Of a stretch of DNA of 64,000 nucleotides, positions 29,310 through 43,800 are shown piece by piece. Within the stretch, counting starts at the first letter, position 1. Each line of letters begins with the position of its first letter. A program made the position numbers and the translations under genes. The notes under the pieces were generated by a model, which was not told the origin of the DNA, ran no database searches, and saw nothing but the letters and a program-made list of their open reading frames with translations. This DNA is from Octopus vulgaris (lineage: Eukaryota): NCBI GenBank assembly GCA_951406725.2, contig OX597842.1, positions 24,800,001 through 24,864,000 on the forward strand, in the 5' to 3' direction.

Positions 29310-29970
29310 GGATGTTTACCTTTTGATCTACAGATCTAAAAAATAATTTTTTGTAACTCAACACTTCCAAACTTCGGAAACTGGTAGAATGTGTCATATA
29401 AAACATCTTTTACTCTTAGCATTTTTGAGAAAAACTTTATATTTGTGAAGTAATTTCACGTTAAAGTAGGCCTATTTCGGTAATTTCAACCAATCAATGA
29501 CGTCTATTCAGCTGAATAAAATTACTGCTGTTGTTTGTCAACAACAACTATCTGCGGTGTATTTTTTGTTTGTCACTGTTATTTATGATATCGTTCGTGC
29601 GTTTGTACTGGTTTTAGCTTTAAGGATTTAGGTTAGGGTTGGGGTTTTAGGGTTAGGGTTAGGGTTAAGGTTTTAGGGTTAGGGTTAGGGTTGTCATAAA
29701 TTACAGTGACAAATGAAAAATACACCGCCAGAAGTTCTTGTTGACAAACAACGGCAGTAATTTTATTCAGCTGAATACACATCATTGATCGGTTGAAATT
29801 ACCCAAATATGGGAACTTTAACGTGAAATTATTTCGTAAATATAAGTTTTTCTCAAAAACAATGAGAGTAAAAGATGTTTTAAACGATACATTCTACCAG
29901 TGTTCAAAGTTTGAAAGTGTTTAGTTATAAAAAATTAATTTCTCGATCTGCCGTTCAAAGGGAAAGATCC
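29310..29970. mobile_element. Palindromic GGATC-TIR MITE with central TTAGGG repeats
   Basis: Inverted arms around (TTAGGG)n at about 29625-29692; ends GGAAAGATCC. Confidence 0.8.
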
Positions 29971-30255
29971 CGCCTTGAAGAGTTTTTAGTCCAGGGGTAG
30001 GGAAATCCTCGCCTGCAAGCCCATTTTATTGCCGAAATAGGACTACTTTAACGTGAAACTACTTCGTAAATATAAGTTTTTGTCAAAAATGCTAAGAGTA
30101 AAATATGTTTTATATGACACATTCTACCAGTGTCCCAAGTTTGAAAGTGTTTAGCTACAAAAAATTATTTTTTAAGTCTGTCGGTCAAAAGGTAAAGGTC
30201 TCTTTCATATGCTTATCCGTGTGTATGTGTGTGCATTTGTGTGTGTGTGTTAAAA

Positions 30256-30632
30256 TAATCATCATCACTCATCATTGTTCGACCGTGGTCGAGACAATGG
30301 AATTTACCATGCTACGCCAGACTTCACGGTCCATCATGGCATTACGGAGGTCCTGTTGCTGGATGCCTGTATCCCTGGAGATTACATCAGGGTAGGAGAG
30401 TGTGCGCCCTCTGGTATTGCGAGTAGATGGCTTCCAGAGGAGAAGAGTAGAAATTACTTCTGTTTCAGCTCTACAACAATGTCCAGCAAACTGGACTCTC
30501 TTACCTTTCACAAGAGATGACACAGGTGGTAGTTTCCCATATATTTGCATTTTGGTTGGATGGCGCTTCCACGAGAGATTTTGAGCTCTCATAAGGAGGC
30601 GAGTGTAGGTTCCATCCAACCGCCTCTCAAGC
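30256..30632 (-). mobile_element. RTE-X-like LINE 3' end
   Basis: LERRLDGTYTRLLMRAQNLSWKRHPT..QFAGHCCR..LLLWKP..DREVWR, followed by a (TGA)n tail. Confidence 0.8.
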
Positions 30633-31113
30633 GATGTCACGCCATTCCCAATGGCAATCCTTGAACATGTCTTAATCAACAAAACAAAACAGGCATCTCA
30701 CTTCATCACTGTATAAACGTGAGTCACAAAACAAAACACAAATACTAATAATAATGATGATACTAATAAAAAACACTATCATATGCAATAGTGTAATAGC
30801 CGTGATGGCGGCGGCGGCGGTGGTGGTGGTGGTTCTCGTACTGGTGATGGTGTGTGACGGGGTACTGGAAATGATGTTGTGTCGGCTGATTTTATCGATT
30901 TTGAATTAGTCACGTCTAATGGCCCTGTTGCTCATACGGATATGCAAGCATATTTCATTGAGACGCCGCACGCACAGTCAAAACAGCGCGCGCAGACACA
31001 CACACAAACCGCCACTATTTGTGTCTCTCAATCTTAATGTTCGCTTACATTTGTTTGTATATCTGACGGTCAGTTACATTTACTTCCACGTAGATATGGC
31101 TCATTGTGTCTGT

Positions 31114-31590
<477 letters not shown>

Positions 31591-32354
31591 CCTACCCCTC
31601 TCGCTTTTCATCTTTCTATCAATATGTCATCTCTCTGTAACTGTCGTTTGGTTCACGCACGCACACACACAATATATATATATAAAGCTATGTACAATCA
31701 TTCCACAATTGAATGTATACGATTGTCTATACTCAATCATGGAAAACCTTTCTATGTCTTGGAAGAGGGATTCTCCCTTCCGACAACGTCTGTCAAAAAC
31801 ACAGCACTAAGCTTTCAATGACGTCATCGCACTGAAAGACACGTGTTTCTATGTCGTTACGCCCTACCAAATACGAACACCTTATCCGAACTTTTTTTTT
31901 TAATATTTCAACAGCAAGTAATGAATTTGCTGGTGTATGCAAAGCTTTGTCGAGCAGGAAAGAATTAATTGGAAACACAGTAAGCAGCGATAATTAAAAT
32001 ATATGGGGTGTTTTTGGAAGCACTCCTTCGGTTACGACGACGAGCGTTCCGGTTGATCCGACCAACGGAACAGCCTGCTCGTGAAATTAACGTGTAAGTG
32101 GCTGAGCACTCCACAGACACGTGTACCCTTAACGTAGTTCTCGGGGATATTCAGCGTGACACAGAGAGTAACAAGGCCGGCCTCTTGAAATACAGGTACA
32201 ACAGAAACAGGAAGTAAGAGTGAGAGAAAGTTGTGGTGAAAGAGTACAGCAGGGATCACCACCACCCCCTGCCGGATGGGGTGTTACACTACATTTTGTA
32301 ACAAAACTTTTAAAAAGTTAACACCGTAAATTGTTAATGCTTGTTACTTGTGGT

Positions 32355-33380
32355 AGATCATTACCTTTTGACCTACAGATTAAAAAAAAAAAATTTTTTG
32401 TAGCTAAACACTTTCAAACTTCAGACACTGGTAGAATGTGTCATATAAAACATCTTTTACTCTTAGCATTTTTGAGAAAAACTTATATTTATGAAGTTAT
32501 TTCATGTTAAAGTTCTCGTATTTCGGTAATTTCAACCAATCAATGATGTGTATTCAGCTGAATAAAATTACTGCTGTTGTTTGTCAACAACAACTATCGG
32601 TGGTTATTTATGACATCATTCGTGCATTTGTACTGGTTTTAGCGTTTAGGTTTTAGGGTTAGGGTTAGGGTTTTAGGGTTAGGGTTAGGGTTTAAGGTTA
32701 GGGTTGTCATAAATAACAGTAACAACGAAAAATAGGATCTTTTCGGTTTGAACGGCAGTTTTTTCTAGTGGTGTCATATGAAATTTTCACCCATAATTAT
32801 GACCCTAGTATCGATCTATTGCATTTCAATCTGTTTTAGGGTTAGTTAGGGTTAGGGTTAGGGGTGGGGGGAAGGGTATCTTTTGTTCTTCACAAATGTA
32901 AATAAACCCAATCTGTTTCTGACACGAGGGACATATTCATACGGCAAGAATGTTTTTTTTACCTCAATAGACGTCAGTGATTGGTTGAAATTGCAGAAAT
33001 TGAAGAAAAACTATAGAATTTTCTCAATAAAGCCAAGAGAAAAAGATGTTCTATAAACATATTCTACCAGTATACGAAATTAAAAATTTTTTAGTTACCT
33101 AGAAATTATGTTAAAAACTGCCGTTCAAACCGAAAAGATACGAAAAATACACCACCGATAGTTGTTGACAAACAACGGCAGTAATTTTATTCAGCTGAAT
33201 ACACGTCATTGATTGGTTGAAATTCCCGAAATGCGACTACTTTAACGTGAAATAACTTCGTAAATATAAGTTTTTGTCAAAAACGTTAAGAGTAAAACAT
33301 GTTTTATATGACACATTCTACCAGTGTCAGAAGTTTGAAAGTGTTTAGTTACAAAAAATTATTTTTAAAATCTGTCGGCA
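32355..33380. mobile_element. GGATC-type MITE with a nested related MITE (32735-33141)
   Basis: The nested element has TSD GAAAAATA at 32727-34 and 33142-49; the host has central TTAGGG repeats. Confidence 0.85.
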
Positions 33381-34152
33381 AGTCAAATTGCAGTCTCCAT
33401 GGGAACCGCATATTCTTACGTTTACAACAAAATTTTCCGTCATTTTTTGAAAACGATGTCAGAATAATTTTGTACAGACAGATTTTATTACAATCGTAAA
33501 AAATGAACAATAGCAATAACAAAAAAAAAAAAAAGATAGCATATTTTACAAGTTTACTAGTAACTGTTAGTAATTAATATTTATTTTGGTGCTTGGCATC
33601 ACTCTCATGAGGGCCGCATATTTTTAAATACACATTTACAACAAACATTTCTGTCATTTTTTTGAAAACAATATCAGAATTTTATTACGACCACAAAACA
33701 CTATATTACTGAAAAATAACTATAAAAAAAAGATAGTCTGTTATACAACATGTTTACAGGTAACTGTGATATAATTAATCTTTATTTGGCTTCCTGATGT
33801 TTGGCATCACTTTTTGGTAACTAATTTTCGTATATCTGTACCAACTTTTATTGGATCTTTTCCTTTTGACCGACAGATTTATAAAATAATTTTTTGTAAC
33901 TAAACACTTTCAAACTTCATATACTTGTAGAATGTGTCACATGAAACATCTTTTATTCTTGGCGTTGTTGAGAAAATTTTATATTTAGGAAGGTATTTCT
34001 TGTTAAAGTTGTCGTATTTCGGTAATTTCAACCAATGACGTGTAATTTAGCTAAATAAAATTACTGTTGTTGTTTGTCAACAACAACTTCCGGCGGTGTA
34101 TGTTTCGTTTCAGATACACTCGTTTATTCATACAAACGTAACTGAGATTAAA

Positions 34153-34528
34153 TCTCTCTCTATATAAACGGCAGTTTGTCTGTCTGTGTGTCTGTCAGGT
34201 TGTACCCTCATGCTGACCACGGCTTTCAACCGATTCTGATGAAACTTGACACACTCATAGCCCAATGTCATAATTCAAAACTAACGCAGCGAAAATTTTG
34301 AAAAGTTCCCCCAGTTCTGAAAGAAATCGATAAATTCGACTTGGGGTCGAGAATCAGAAACACAAACCACAGACTGTCTAGGGGACGCAACTCGACCTTT
34401 TTAACTCTCAAAAAAATTTTCCCATCATTTTTTTCCCATTTTTTTGCTATTTTTTGGCTATAACTCTCTAAAAATGCTTTATAGTTATTTCCCTTACAAA
34501 CCCGAACAACGCCGGGCGATACTGCTAG
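34153..34528 (+). mobile_element. Non-autonomous Helitron inserted next to a MITE fragment (33853-34110)
   Basis: A|TC ... CCCGAACAACGCCGGG hairpin ... CTAG|T. Confidence 0.85.
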
Positions 34529-34871
34529 TATGTCATAAATAACAATGACAAACGTTACAAATACCTTGCCTCGACGGGCAGGTTATAATAAATCCAAAAG
34601 CATGCGAAGTAAAGTTTGTGTTTGTGTCCTCTTCATTGTTTAGTAGTAATTCCAGAGAGAGATAGAATGAAGCTGTAAGAGAACAGACTTAGAGCTAGTG
34701 AGAGTTGTAGGGTGTGGGACGTTGTCTCACAGTTGCTGAAAGTAAACTTCATTTCTCCCTCTGACCAATGTTCTAGCTGGTCAGCCAGATTTCATTGTCA
34801 CCGCAGTGACTACCTGGTTGAGTCGTCACCGACTGTGGATAACTGATTTTTGCTTGGGGTGTTCTTGACAT

Positions 34872-35592
34872 GTGGAAGCACTCCGTCGGTTACGACGATG
34901 AGGGTTCCGGTTGATCCGAATCAACGGAACAGCCTGCTCGTGAAATTAACGTGTGAGTGGCTGAGCACTCCACAGACACGTGTACCCTTAATGTAGTTCT
35001 CGGGGATATTAAGAGGAAGGGCATACGAAGGAGTAGTGAGGAATTAAAATAAGACCAAACCCAAAAGTGAATAAGGTGATTGGTAGATAAATATATCAAC
35101 CAATGAGAAGTGCAGCTGAACGGTGATGACGTCATCACTTATACAGGAAGTGCGTTGTGAGCTGGGAAAGACAGATGGCTATTGTGAAACGACCAATCAT
35201 CATCATCACTGGAAGCACTCCGTCGGTTACGACGATGAGGGTTCCGGTTGATCCGATCAACGGAACAGCCTGCTCGTGAAATTAACGTGTAAGTAGCTGA
35301 GCACTCCACAGACACGTGCACCCATAACGTAGTTCTCGGGGATATTCAGCGTGACACAGAGAGTGACAAGGCCGGCCCCTTGAAATACAGGTACAACAGA
35401 AACAGGAAGTAAGAGTGAGAGAAAGTTGTGGTGAAAGAGTACAGCAGGGATCACCACCATCCCCTGTCGGAGCCTCGTGGAGCTTTTAGGTGTTTTCGCT
35501 CAATAAACACTCACAACGCCCGGTCTGGGAATCGAAACCGCGATCGTATGACCGCGAGTCCGCTGCCCTAATCACTGGGCCATTGCGCCTCC
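34872..35592 (-). mobile_element. Composite insertion: SINE C + 200-bp module + second SINE C tail
   Basis: Flanked by an 11-bp TSD, GTTCTTGACAT (34861-71 and 35593-603). Confidence 0.85.
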
Positions 35593-35907
35593 GTTCTTGA
35601 CATATCATTGAGAACAATAGATTTAGTTGGTGGTCCTGTTATTTCCATTCTAGCTTTTGGTGAAGTAGAAGAGGTTAGAAAGTGTCAAGTGGTGAAGACA
35701 TTATTTCAGACTAGCTAAAGGCATCTGGAAAATGTAAAACTACTATTGTTTCACCGTGGGAAAAGTTCTGTTGCAGTGTTAATTTAAATTTGGCTATGGT
35801 GGATCGAATCCACTTCATGCTTGCAAGATCCACTACAGATATACTGCTGGTAGTTTATGGCAAGCTACTGATACGGCAACGTGTAGCTTGCCCCCAATAT
35901 AAATGGA

Positions 35908-36915
35908 AACAATTGTGTTATATTCGTGAATACAAAGATTCCTGTCATCTGTTTGCCATCTGTCTTAAACGTTTTCCTGGATCGTCTGGTTGGCAAGAAT
36001 GGAGACACACCTAAATCGGATGCCTCAACAATCTGCAATTACTATCAAAAGTGGCCTTTTTATAGGGCACAAGAATAAGTTTCTAGAAGATTGAATCACG
36101 CGATAGACCGATCACGGGAAACTACTGTGGTTCGGTCGTGATGCATGACGGGTTACCTAGCGATTCAGTTTCGAATCCCTGCAACAATTGTGTTATATTC
36201 GTAAAGACAAAGATTCCTGTCATCTGTTTGCCATCTGTCTTAAACGTTTTCCTGGATCGTCTGGTTGGCAAGAATGAAGACACACCTAAATCGGATGCCT
36301 CAACAATCTGCAATTACTATCAAAAGTGGCCTTTTTAAAGGGCACAAGAATAAGTTTCTAGAAGATTGAATCACGCGATAAACCGATCACGGGAAACTAC
36401 TGTGGTTCGGTCGTGATGCATGACGGGTTACCTAGCGATTCAGTTTCGAATCCCTGTTAGATCTCTTTTTTCCTGCCTAGAGGAGCACTAGCTGCTATAA
36501 AATAACTTTCAGTGCTCCAAACCTTCTCAATTTTAAATTAAGTTTCTAGAAGATTGAATCACGCGATAGACCGATCACGGGAAACTACTGTGGTTCGGTC
36601 GTGATGCATGACTGGTTACCTAGCGATTCAGTTTCGAATCCCTGCTACATCTCTTTTTTCCTGCCTAGAGGAGCACTAGCTGCTATAAAATAACTTTCAG
36701 TGCTCCAAACCTTCTCAATTTTAAATTAAGTTTCTAGAAGATTGAATCACGCGATAGACCGATCACGGGAAACTACTGTGGTTCGGTCGTGATGCATGAC
36801 TGGTTACCTAGCGATTCAGTTTCGAATCCCTGCTACATCTCTTTTTTCCTGCCTAGAGGAGCACTAGCTGCTATAAAATAACTTTCAGTGCTCCAAACCT
36901 TCTCAATTTTAAATT
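35908..36915. repeat. Overlapping tandem duplications (2 x 275 bp, 3 x 188 bp) sharing a 106-bp core
   Basis: Core TAAGTTTCTAGAAG...GAATCCCTG at 36076, 36351, 36539 and 36727. Confidence 0.9.
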
Positions 36916-37279
36916 GTGAAACAAATGAGACTGTGCACTGGATCACACGCACATTCAGCGCATGTGCAGCATTCACTGGTGGAAGTTGGACGCTGTGTCA
37001 TAAAACAAGTGCAAAGTTATTTGATCTACAATTGACCAGCGGTCATAATTTTGAATTTTATTATATCTATTTTTTATTATTACCTCTTTTTTTTTTTTTA
37101 CTTGTTTCAGTCATTTGACTGCGGCCATGCTGGGGCACCGCCTTCCGGAGCCTTCAGACTTATTATTTTTTTAAAAGCCTAGCACATATAATATCGATAT
37201 CTGTTGCTGAACCGCTAAGTTACGGGGACGTCAACACTCCCCGGTAGTGGGAGGAAAACACAGGGTCACATACAAATAA

Positions 37280-37344
<65 letters not shown>

Positions 37345-37435
37345 CAGACAGATAGGTATATTGATATAGATAGATAGATACATGGATACATAGATAGATA
37401 AATAGACAGACAGACAGGCAGACAGACAGACAGAC

Positions 37436-37501
<66 letters not shown>

Positions 37502-37831
37502 GTTGATAGGTAGGTAGGTAGATACATACATAGATACTGTTGTAGGGAATTGGTAATTATGTTCCACCCTTCCCAAGTGACGAAGGGAATAATCTAGTTA
37601 CTCTAAGTAAAGAGAAGTACGTGAAGTACGGGAGTAAGCAGTAAGCGGTCAGAGATAGTTGTGTCATCACTGGTTTCACTAAGTAAACTGTATACCGAAG
37701 TGGGCGTTACAACAATCCAACATAATAAGGATTATAACAGTGGGGGATGAGGATTTAAGCAACTCACGAGGAATTAACAAGCTCACGAAAGTTTTTGTTG
37801 TGCGAATTTTGGAAAAAAATTCGTTAAATTA

Positions 37832-38345
37832 TGGCGCAGGAGTGGCTGTGTGGTAAGTAGCTTGCTTACAGGCGGCGAACTGGCAGAATCGTTAGCACAC
37901 CGGGCGAAATGCTTGGCGGTATTTCGTCTGTCTTTGCGTTCTGAGTTCAAATTCCGCCGAGGTCGACTTTGCTTTTCATCCTTTCGGGGTCGATAAATTA
38001 AGTACCAGTTGCGCACTGGGGTCGATCTAATCGACTTAATCCCTTTGTCTGTCCTTGTTTGTCCCCTCTATGTTTAGTCCCTTGTGAGCAATAAGAAAAT
38101 AAGTAGCTTGCTTACCAACCACATGGTTCCGGGTTCAGTCCCACTGCGTGACACCTTAGGCAAGTGTCTTCTACTATAGCCTCAGGCCGACCTAAGCCTT
38201 GTGAGTGGATTAGGTAGACGGAAACTGAAAGAAGCCCGTCGTATATATGTTTGTGTGTCTGTCCTTGTTTGTCCCCCCCCCAACATCGCTTGACAACCGA
38301 TGTTGCTGTGTTTACGTCCCCGTAACTTAGCGGTTCGGCAAAATA
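37832..38345 (+). mobile_element. SINE A with SINE B (37870-38100) inserted in its head
   Basis: AAGTAGCTTGCTTAC is duplicated on both sides of SINE B. Confidence 0.85.
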
Positions 38346-38440
38346 ATAATTGATGTAAATCAATTGTTGTTCATCAGTGTTATATCCACTTTCTGTTTTC
38401 TTTATGTATATATGTGTGTGTGTGTATGTATAAAATTGTT

Positions 38441-38499
<59 letters not shown>

Positions 38500-38514
38500 T
38501 TGAAACACTTTAAC

Positions 38515-38890
38515 TGAGGATGGTTAACAAGGAATTGCGTCTACATCAATCCATAGGCCTCCCACCCCATAACTATCCATCGCATGCTCTGTTACAGACA
38601 TGTCCTCCGTCTCCCGCTAGACAATCCTACCAGGACTTAACTCTCATGTCATGCAGTAGCTGCGGGTTGGAAGAGGCCTCGTGGCAGGCCTTGCGCCAAA
38701 TGGCTGGATTTGATTGGGGAAGATCTCCAGAGGCTCGACGTCACCTTTGAGAATACAGAGGGGCTCGCACGATCCGCCAATTATGAAAAGCACTGGTGGA
38801 CCCGATCGGATCTATACATGATGACCCCTCTGGAACCACTAATTTGGAATGGCCCCCAACCCCATCAAGCAAGAACATGAAGCCAAGCTA
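38515..38890 (+). mobile_element. Degenerate RTE-type LINE 3' fragment
   Basis: AGWKRPRGRPCAKWLDLIGEDLQRL frame at about 38660-38740. Confidence 0.65.
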
Positions 38891-38929
38891 GGCCAATCCT
38901 GAAAAATACATATCAAATTTCAAAATATC

Positions 38930-39082
38930 GGAGTGGCTGTGTGGTAAGTAGCTTGCTTACCAACCACATGGTTCTGGGTTCAGTCCCACTGCATGGCACC
39001 TTGGGCAAGTATCTTCTATATAGCCTCGGCCGACCAAAGGCTTGTGAGTGGATTAGGTAGACGGAAACTGAAAGAAGCCTGT

Positions 39083-39122
<40 letters not shown>

Positions 39123-39740
39123 CGCAGGAGTGGCTGTGTGGTAAGTAGCTTGCTAACCAACCACATGGTTCCGGGTTCAGTCCCACTGCGTGGCATCTTG
39201 GACAAGTGTCTTCTGCTATAGCCCCGCGCCGACCAATGCCTTGTGAGTGGATTTGGTAGACGGAAACTGAAAAAGCCCGTTGTATATATGTATATATATA
39301 TGTATGTGTGTGTGTTGTTGCGTGTCTGTGTTTTTCCCTCCCAACATCGCTTGACAACTGATGCTGGTGTGTTTACGTCCCCGTAACTTAGCGATTCGGC
39401 AAAAGCGACCGATAGAATAAGTACTAGGCTTACAAAGAATAAGTCCTGGGGTCGATTTGATTCGACTAAAGGCGGTGCTCCAGCATGGCCACAGTCAAAT
39501 AACTGAAACAAGTAAAGTAAAGCAATTTGGTTTGACTCCATAATTACAAATCCGTGTGTCCACTGCTCGACCACCGCTGTTGGTTTGCTTACGTCCCCAT
39601 AACTTAGTGGTTCGGTAAATGGCATTAACAGAATAAGTGTAAGGCTCACAAAACACTGGATCGATTTGTTCGACTAAAACCCTTCAAGGCGGTGCTCCAG
39701 CATGGCCGCAGTCCAATGACTGAAACAAGTGAAAGAATAG
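38930..39740 (+). mobile_element. Tandem SINE A copies and fragments
   Basis: Heads at 38930 and 39120; extra tail at 39550-39740. Confidence 0.85.
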
Positions 39741-40435
39741 AAGATAGAGAGAGGGGAAATGCTCAGGTATATGAAGGGGAGAGAGAGCGAGGGAAGAAAG
39801 GAAGGGACGATAGAGAAAAATGAGAGTGACAGTGAGAGAAAAGGAGTTGCAGAGAGAGGGGGAGAGGAAAGTGAGGTACAGATGAATACAAAACTGAAAC
39901 ATCTACTAGAGAGAGGGAGGGAGGGGAATAAGTTATATGATAAGCGAGTAGAAGTGGGAGGTAAGCATAGAGAGAGGGAGAAAAGTTGAGGTATGAAAAG
40001 CAGAAGAAAGAGATAGGGGAGATTAGGAATAAAGAGAGAGGGGTTACAGACATAAGCAAATAGAGAGGGAAAGTTAAGTTATTTAGAGAGAGAGGAGGGA
40101 GTTAAGATTATGAAGATAGATAGAGAGAGAGAGAGGGAGGGAGAGTAAGCGTAGAGAGGAGGAAAGCTCAGATATATGAAAGGGGGAGAGTGAGGAGAAA
40201 AATTAAACGTAAAGAGAGAGAGAGAGGAGGAATTAAGGTTTTAAGGAGCGAGAGAGTAAAAAGAGTAAGATTATATAGAAAGGGGTGAAGTTGAGCGAAA
40301 AGGATATAGAGAGAGATATATAGAGGGAGAAAAATTCAGGTATAAGAATAGGAGAGAGAGAGAAGATTAAATATTAAGAGAGAGAGAGAGAGAGAGGGGA
40401 ATTTAAGAATAAAGAGAGATGTAATTAAAAGAGTG
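39740..40435. repeat. Polypurine (GA-rich) tract, partly duplicated at 44610-44700 and 45175-45390
   Basis: GGGAGAAAAGTTGAGGTATGAAAAGCAGAAG.. occurs at about 39976 and 45175. Confidence 0.8.
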
Positions 40436-40779
40436 AAGGCGCATGGCTCAGTGGTTAGAGCATCGAGCTTACGATCGTGAGGTTGTGAGCTCGAATCACG
40501 GACCGGGCTGCGTGTTGTGTTCTTGAGCAAGACACTTTATTTCACGTTGCTCCAGTTCACTCAGCTGTAGAAATGTGTTGCGACGTCACTGGTGCCAAGC
40601 TGTATCGGCCCCTTTGCCTTTCCCTTGGACAACATCGCTGACGTGGAGATGGGAGGCCGGTATGCAAGGGCGACTGCTGGTCTTCCATAAACAACCTTGC
40701 CCGGACTTGTGCCTCAGAGGGTAACTCTCTAGGTGCAAACCCATGGTCACTCATGACCGAAGGGGGTCTTTACCCTTTT
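40436..40779 (+). mobile_element. SINE D
   Basis: Matches 16167-16500; TSD-like TAATTAAAA(A)GAG on both sides. Confidence 0.85.
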
Positions 40780-40817
40780 TAATTAAAAAGAGAAAAAGAT
40801 AAAGTATAAAAAGAGAG

Positions 40818-43800
40818 GAATCTTTTCGGTTTGACCAGCAGTTTTTTAAAATAATTTCCACGTAACTAAACACTTTTAAACTTCGTATACTGGTAGAATG
40901 TGTTTATAAAACATCCTTTTTCTCTTGGCTTTATTGAGAAAATTCTATGGTTTGTAAGATATTTGTTGTTTTTCTTCAATTTCTGCAATTTCAACCAATC
41001 AGTGACGTCTATTGAGGTAGAAAAAACATTCTGTGCCGTATGAATATGTCCCTCGTTTAAGAAACAGATTGGGTTTATTTACATTTGTGAAAAAAAAAGA
41101 TACCCTTCCTCCCACAATGACGTCTATTGAGGTAAAAAACATTCTGTGCCGTATGAATATGTCCCTCGTTTAAGAAACAGATTGGGTTTATTTACATTTG
41201 TGAAGAAAAAAGATACCCTTCCTCCCACAATGACGTCTATTGAGGTAAAAAACATTCTGTGCCGTATGAATATGTCCCTCGTTTAAGAAACAGATTGGGT
41301 TTATTTACATTTGTGAAGAAAAAAGATACCCTTCCTCCCACAATGACGTCTATTGAGGTAAAAAACATTCTGTGCCGTATGAATATGTCCCTGGTTTAAG
41401 AAACAGATTGGGTTTATTTACATTTGTGAAGAAAAAAGATACCCTTCTTCCCACAATGACGTCTATTGAGGTAAAAAACATTCTGTGCCGTATGAATATG
41501 TCCCTCGTTTAAGAAACAGATTGGGTTTATTTACATTTGTGAAGAAAAAAGATACCCTTCCTCCCACAATGACGTCTATTGAGGTAAAAAACATTCTTTG
41601 CCGTATGAATATGTCCCTGGTTTAAGAAACATATTGGGTTTATTTACATTTGTGAAGAAAAAAGATACCCTTCCTCCCACAATGACGTCTATTGAGGTAA
41701 AAAACATTCTGTGCCGTATGAATATGTCCCTCGTTTAAGAAACAGATTGGGTTTATTTCCATTTGTGAAGAAAAAAGATACCCTTCCTCCCACAATGACG
41801 TCTATTGAGGTAAAAAACATTCTGTGCCGTATGAACATGTTCCTCGTTTAAGAAACAGATTGGGTTTATTTCCATTTGTGAAGAAAAAAGATACCCTTCC
41901 TCCCACAATGACGTCTATTGAGGTAAAAAACATTCTGTGCCGTATGAATATGTCCCTCGTTTAAGAAACAGATTGGGTTTATTTACATTTGTGAAGAAAA
42001 TAGATACCCTTCCTCCCACAATGACGTCTATTGAGGTAAAAAACATTCTGTGCCGTATGAATATGTCCCTCGTTTAAGAAACAGATTGGGTTTATTTACA
42101 TTTGTGAAGAAAAAAGATACCCTTCCTCCTACAATGACGTCTATTGAGGTAAAAAACATTCTGTGCCGTATGAATAAGTCCCTGGTTTAAGAAACAGATT
42201 GGGTTTATTTACATTTGTGAAGAAAAAAGATACCCTTCCTCCCACAATGACGTCTATTGAGGTAAAAAACATTCTGTGCCGTATGAATATGTCCCTCGTT
42301 TAAGAAACAGATTGGGTTTATTTACATTTGTGAAGAAAAAAGATACCCTTCCTCCCACAATGACGTCTATTGAGGTAAAAAACATTCTGTGCCGTATGAA
42401 TATGTTCCTCGTTTAAGAAACAGATTGGGTTTATTTACATTTGTGAAGAAAAAAGATACCCTTCCTCCTACAATGACGTCTATTGAGGTAAAAAACATTC
42501 TGTGCCGTATGAATATGTCCCTCGTTTAAGAAACAGATTGGGTTTATTTACATTTGTTAAGAAAAAAGATACCCTTCCTCCCACAATGACGTCTATTGAG
42601 GTAAAAAACATTCTGTGCCGTATGAATATGTCCCTCGTTTAAGAAACAGATTGGGTTTATTTACATTTGTGAAGAAAAAAGATACCCTTCCTCCCACAAT
42701 GACGTCTATTGAGGTAAAAAACATTCTGTGCCGTATGAATATGTCCCTCGTTTAAGAAACAGATTGGGTTTATTTACATTTGTGAAGAAAAAAGATACCC
42801 TTCCTCCCACAATGACGTCTATTGAGGTAAAAAACATTCTGTGCCGTATGAATATGTCCCTCGTTTAAGAAACAGATTGGGTTTATTTACATTTGTGAAG
42901 AAAAAAGATACCCTTCCTCCCACAAAGACCTCTATTGAGGTAAAAAACATTCTGTGCCGTATGAATATGTCCCTCGTTTAAGAAACAGATTGGGTTTATT
43001 TACATTTGAGAAGAAAAAAGATACCCTTCCTCCCACAATGACGTCTATTGAGGTAAAAAACATTCTGTGCCGTATGAATATGTCCCTCGTTTAAGAAACA
43101 GATTGGGTTTATTTACATTTGTGAAGAAAAAAGATACCCTTCCTCCCACAATGACGTCTATTGAGGTAAAAAACATTCTGTGCCGTATGAATATGTCCCT
43201 CGTTTAAGAAACAGATTGGGTTTATTTACATTTGAGAAGAAAAAAGATACCCTTCCTCCCACAATGACGTCTATTGAGGTAAAAAACATTCTGTGCCGTA
43301 TGAATATGTCCCTCGTTTAAGAAACAGATTGGGTTTATTTACATTTGAGAAGAAAAAAGATACCCTTCCTCCCACAATGACGTCTATTGAGGTAAAAAAC
43401 ATTCTGTGCCGTATGAATATGTCCCTCGTTTAAGAAACAGATTGGGTTTATTTACATTTGAGAAGAAAAAAGATACCCTTCCTCCCACAATGACGTCTAT
43501 TGAGGTAAAAAACATTCTGTGACGTATGAATATGTCCCTCGTTTAAGAAACAGATTGGGTTTATTTACATTTGTGAAGAAAAAAGATACCCTTCCTCCCA
43601 CAATGACGTCTATTGAGGTAAAAAACATTCTATGCCGTATGAATATGTCCCACGTTTAAGAAACAGATTGGGTTTATTTACATTTGTGAAGAAAAAATAT
43701 ACCCTTCCTCCCACAATGACGTCTATTGAGGTAAAAAACATTCTGTGCCGTATGAATATGTCCCTCGTTTAAGAAACAGATTGGGTTTATTTACATTTGT

